Source: the human T2T-CHM13v2.0 reference genome, Homo sapiens. From it: 64,000 nt of DNA. Both the position numbers and the translations under genes were made by a program. The stretch is from NCBI RefSeq assembly GCF_009914755.1, contig NC_060925.1. One strand, 5' to 3'. Below the pieces are notes generated by a model. The model was not told the DNA's origin. It made no database searches and was given only the letters and a program-made list of their open reading frames with translations. Shown piece by piece: positions 56,978-64,000 of this stretch; position 1 is the stretch's first letter; each line of letters starts with the position of its first letter.

Positions 56978-57692
56978 TGATCATTAAAAAGTCAGGAAAC
57001 AACAGATACTGGAGAGTTTGTGGAGAAATAGGAATGCTTTTATACTGTTGGTGGGAGTGTATATTAGTTCAACCATTGTGGAAGATAGTGTGGTGATGCC
57101 TCAAGGATCTAGAACCAGAAATACCATTTGACCCAGCAATCCCATTACTGAGTATATACCCAAAGGATTAGAAATCATTTGACCTAGCAATCCCATTACT
57201 GGGTATATACTCAAAGGATTATAAATCATTCTACTATAAAGACACATGCACATGTATGTTTATTGCAGCACTATTCATGATAGCAAAGACTTGGAACAAA
57301 CCCAGATGCCCATCAATGATAGATTGGATTAAGAAAATGTGGCACATACACACCATGGAATATTATGCGGCCAAAAAGAAGGATGAGTTCATGTCCTTTG
57401 CAGGGACACAGATGCAGCTGGAAACCATCATTCTCAGCAAACTAACACAGCAACAGAAAACCAAACACCACGTGTTCTCACTCATAAGTGGGAGTTGAAC
57501 AATCAGAACACATGGAAACGGAAGGGAACATCACACACTGGCCTGTTGGGGGGTGGGGGCTAGGGGAGGGATAGCATTAGGGAGAAATACGTAATGTAGA
57601 TGACAGGTTGATGGGTGCAGCAAACCACCATGGCACGTGTATACCTATGTAACAAACCTGCATGTTCTGCACATGTATCCCAGAACTTAAAG
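56978..57692 (+). mobile_element. 5'-truncated L1PA 3' end (ORF2 C-terminus plus 3' UTR), fused to an antisense Alu fragment (56850-56977)
   Basis: IIKKSGNNRYWRVCGE and MFIAALFMIAKTWNKPRCPSMIDWIKKMW translations; G-rich 3' UTR; ends CCCAGAACTTAAAGTATA. Confidence 0.92.
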
Positions 57693-58170
57693 TATATATA
57701 TATACATATATGTATATATATAATTTATATATAAATATCTATTTATATAAATATCTATATAAATAAATATATAAATATATAAATATAAATATATATAAAT
57801 ATATAAATAAATATATAAATATATATAAATATAAATATATATATAACTATGAATTTATATTTATATAAATATATATCTATATGAATATAAATATATATTT
57901 ATATAAATATAAATATATATATAAATATATATATTTATATAGATATAAATATATATATAAATATATATATTTATATAGATATAAATATATATCTATATAT
58001 GAATATATATCTATAGGAATATAAATATATATCTATATAAATATAAATATATATAAGTATAAATATATATAAATATATATCTATATAAATATAAATATAT
58101 ATATAAATATAAATATATATATAAATATATATATAAATATAAATATATATATAAATATATATATATAAAA
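57693..58170. repeat. ~480-nt AT-rich low-complexity tract derived from the L1 tail
   Basis: Almost purely A/T (ATATAAATAT units). Confidence 0.95.
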
Positions 58171-58352
58171 GAAGGTGTATTAAGGAAATGAGGTGGTAAG
58201 TTGCATCAGATGCTGCTTATAGGTCAAATAAGATGAGGGCTGGGAATATATTATTTGCCTTAGCAATATGGAAGTCACTGGTGACTTTGGTGGGGCCAGT
58301 GTTGGTGGAGCAATGCACGGAGAAGCCTGATTAGGTAGGGTTAAGAAAAAAT

Positions 58353-60780
<2,428 letters not shown>

Positions 60781-60789
60781 GGAAGGTAG

Positions 60790-62160
60790 ACTGTTCTTCA
60801 GAGGAGTTTTGTTGAAAAAGGAAGCAGAAAAATAGGGCAATAACTGGTAGAGAAAATGGGGTCAAGATAGGTTTGTTTGTTTAAGAGAGGAGCAATAAAG
60901 GCAGGGGAATGATCAGCAGAGAAGGAAAGCTGATGGTACAGGATCTCAAGAGGAGGAGCTGCTGGAGCACTGTCATTGGGAAAGGGAGATGGGGTAGGAT
61001 CTAGAGCACAAATGGAAGAATTGGCATTGGACAGATGTGTGAAGAGTTCCTCTTTAGTAAAAGGGGTGAACAGGCTATATTGGTAGAGATGCTGGGAAGG
61101 GAGTAAATGTGATGGTGGGCATCTGTGAAAGTTCTGTTTTAACTGCTTCAGTTTTCTTATTGAAGTGAGAGGGAAAGTCATTAGCCAAGAGTGGGTTGAA
61201 GCTGTTGGAAGTAGGAGGGAGAAGTGTGAAACATTTTCTAAGGAGAGACAGAGTGTAAACAGATCAGGGAAATATATAGTAATTGCAGGGCACTTGAATA
61301 TCATGATCATGTATTTAAAGTGAGACCAGTTAGTATGGGTAGCTGTTTTTCTCTTGAGCAGTTGTTCAGTATGGTTGGAGTAAGCACTGGTGGAGAGTTG
61401 AGTATTTCCAGGTTTATGGTTTTGTCTGGTGAGGATAACTCCCTTGCTTGAGGGCTTAAGAGTGAATGTATGGGAGTGATTATAATGATTGACCTTAGAA
61501 TTTAAGGTAGGTAAAAAGGGAAAAGGCCATCGAAGCGATGAGGGAAAGTGAAAACGTGGTAGGAACAATGGATTGAAGATCTCGGTAGGATCAAAAGATT
61601 GTCGGAGTTGGAATATCCAAAAGGCAGGAGATAGTGGTGAGAGTCATGGAGGAGGTGCAGTCTAAAGTATGACCGTAAGGGACAGGATTAAAGATGAGAT
61701 CACTAGAAGAGAGGCGTTATAGCAAATGAGAGGGAAGATCTATGTATATGTTAAAATTGCCAAGAATTAAGTCAGTTTGTAGAGAGTGATAGTGAGAAAG
61801 GAGTTGAAATCTTTGGGTAATGGAGGAAGCGGCCCTGTGGTTGGTCAGTATTTACAAGATGGGGAATAATCGGGGATAAAGTGTGATGAGAAGAGTTTCA
61901 AAGCTGGAGATTATTAGGGTGGAGAGAGGGAGAACTGGTAGGAAAGTAGTGAGGAAGATCAAGGAGGTTACTTCCCACCATCAGGCCAAGTCACTTGAAG
62001 ACTGTGGAAACAACAAAAACAGGCACAGTTGAGAGGGCAGAGGGCAGTACTGTCCTCAGAGGAGAGAGCCAGGCATTGTTTCAAACAAGGTGGTAAAGGG
62101 AGGGGTTCAGAGAAGAGGTTGAGGATGTAGGGCATTTCACTGTTTGGTGATGAATTGTAA
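60790..62160 (-). mobile_element. L2 LINE relic
   Basis: Purine-rich + strand; the minus-strand translation contains SSICALDPTPS, resembling the CR1/L2 ORF2 STCxLDPIP motif. Confidence 0.7.
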
Positions 62161-62231
62161 GTACTTTGAGGTTAGGAGCTGAGTTATAATCATCTTTGTA
62201 TTCCTTTCAGAGCAGTGCTTATATGTAGTAA

Positions 62232-63883
<1,652 letters not shown>

Positions 63884-64000
63884 TAATTTCTTCCTCCTTT
63901 TAATTTTATTATTATCAATTTGTTTTCCTTTATCCTCTTGTCTCTCTTGTCCTCTCCAGTGGCATGATGATGTTGTCTGCCATATCTTTAGTTTTAACTT

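Noticed and set aside
60798-61568. 256-aa minus-strand ORF
   Set aside because: It lies in an L2 relic with strong purine skew; only a short ORF2-like motif is recognisable and there is no gene context.

Overview
Human genomic DNA containing the 5' part of ALG6 (ER alpha-1,3-glucosyltransferase; ALG6-CDG/CDG-Ic gene) on the + strand. It holds a CpG-island promoter (~3000-3800), a non-coding exon 1 ending at 3361, and coding exons 2-12 (ATG at 6652; c.1-1058, about 352 of 507 codons). The remaining exons lie beyond the window. The introns are dense with transposon relics: dozens of Alus, a ~9 kb antisense L1M/L1MA, L2, MIR, Tigger3a, MER2 and LTRs. Nearly all ORFs in the supplied track are repeat-derived noise. 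The most notable feature is the splicing architecture. Intron 7 is a U12-type intron that must end in a non-canonical AT (GT-AT) to keep the conserved HFQYN motif, with a competing AG 6 nt upstream. Intron 9 is GC-AG and may contain a poison exon. There are also several DNA-repair or template-switch scars. I found no evidence of a wholly new gene system. Repeat subfamily names, disease-variant labels and the 507-aa length come from recall, not database searches, and repeat boundaries are approximate.
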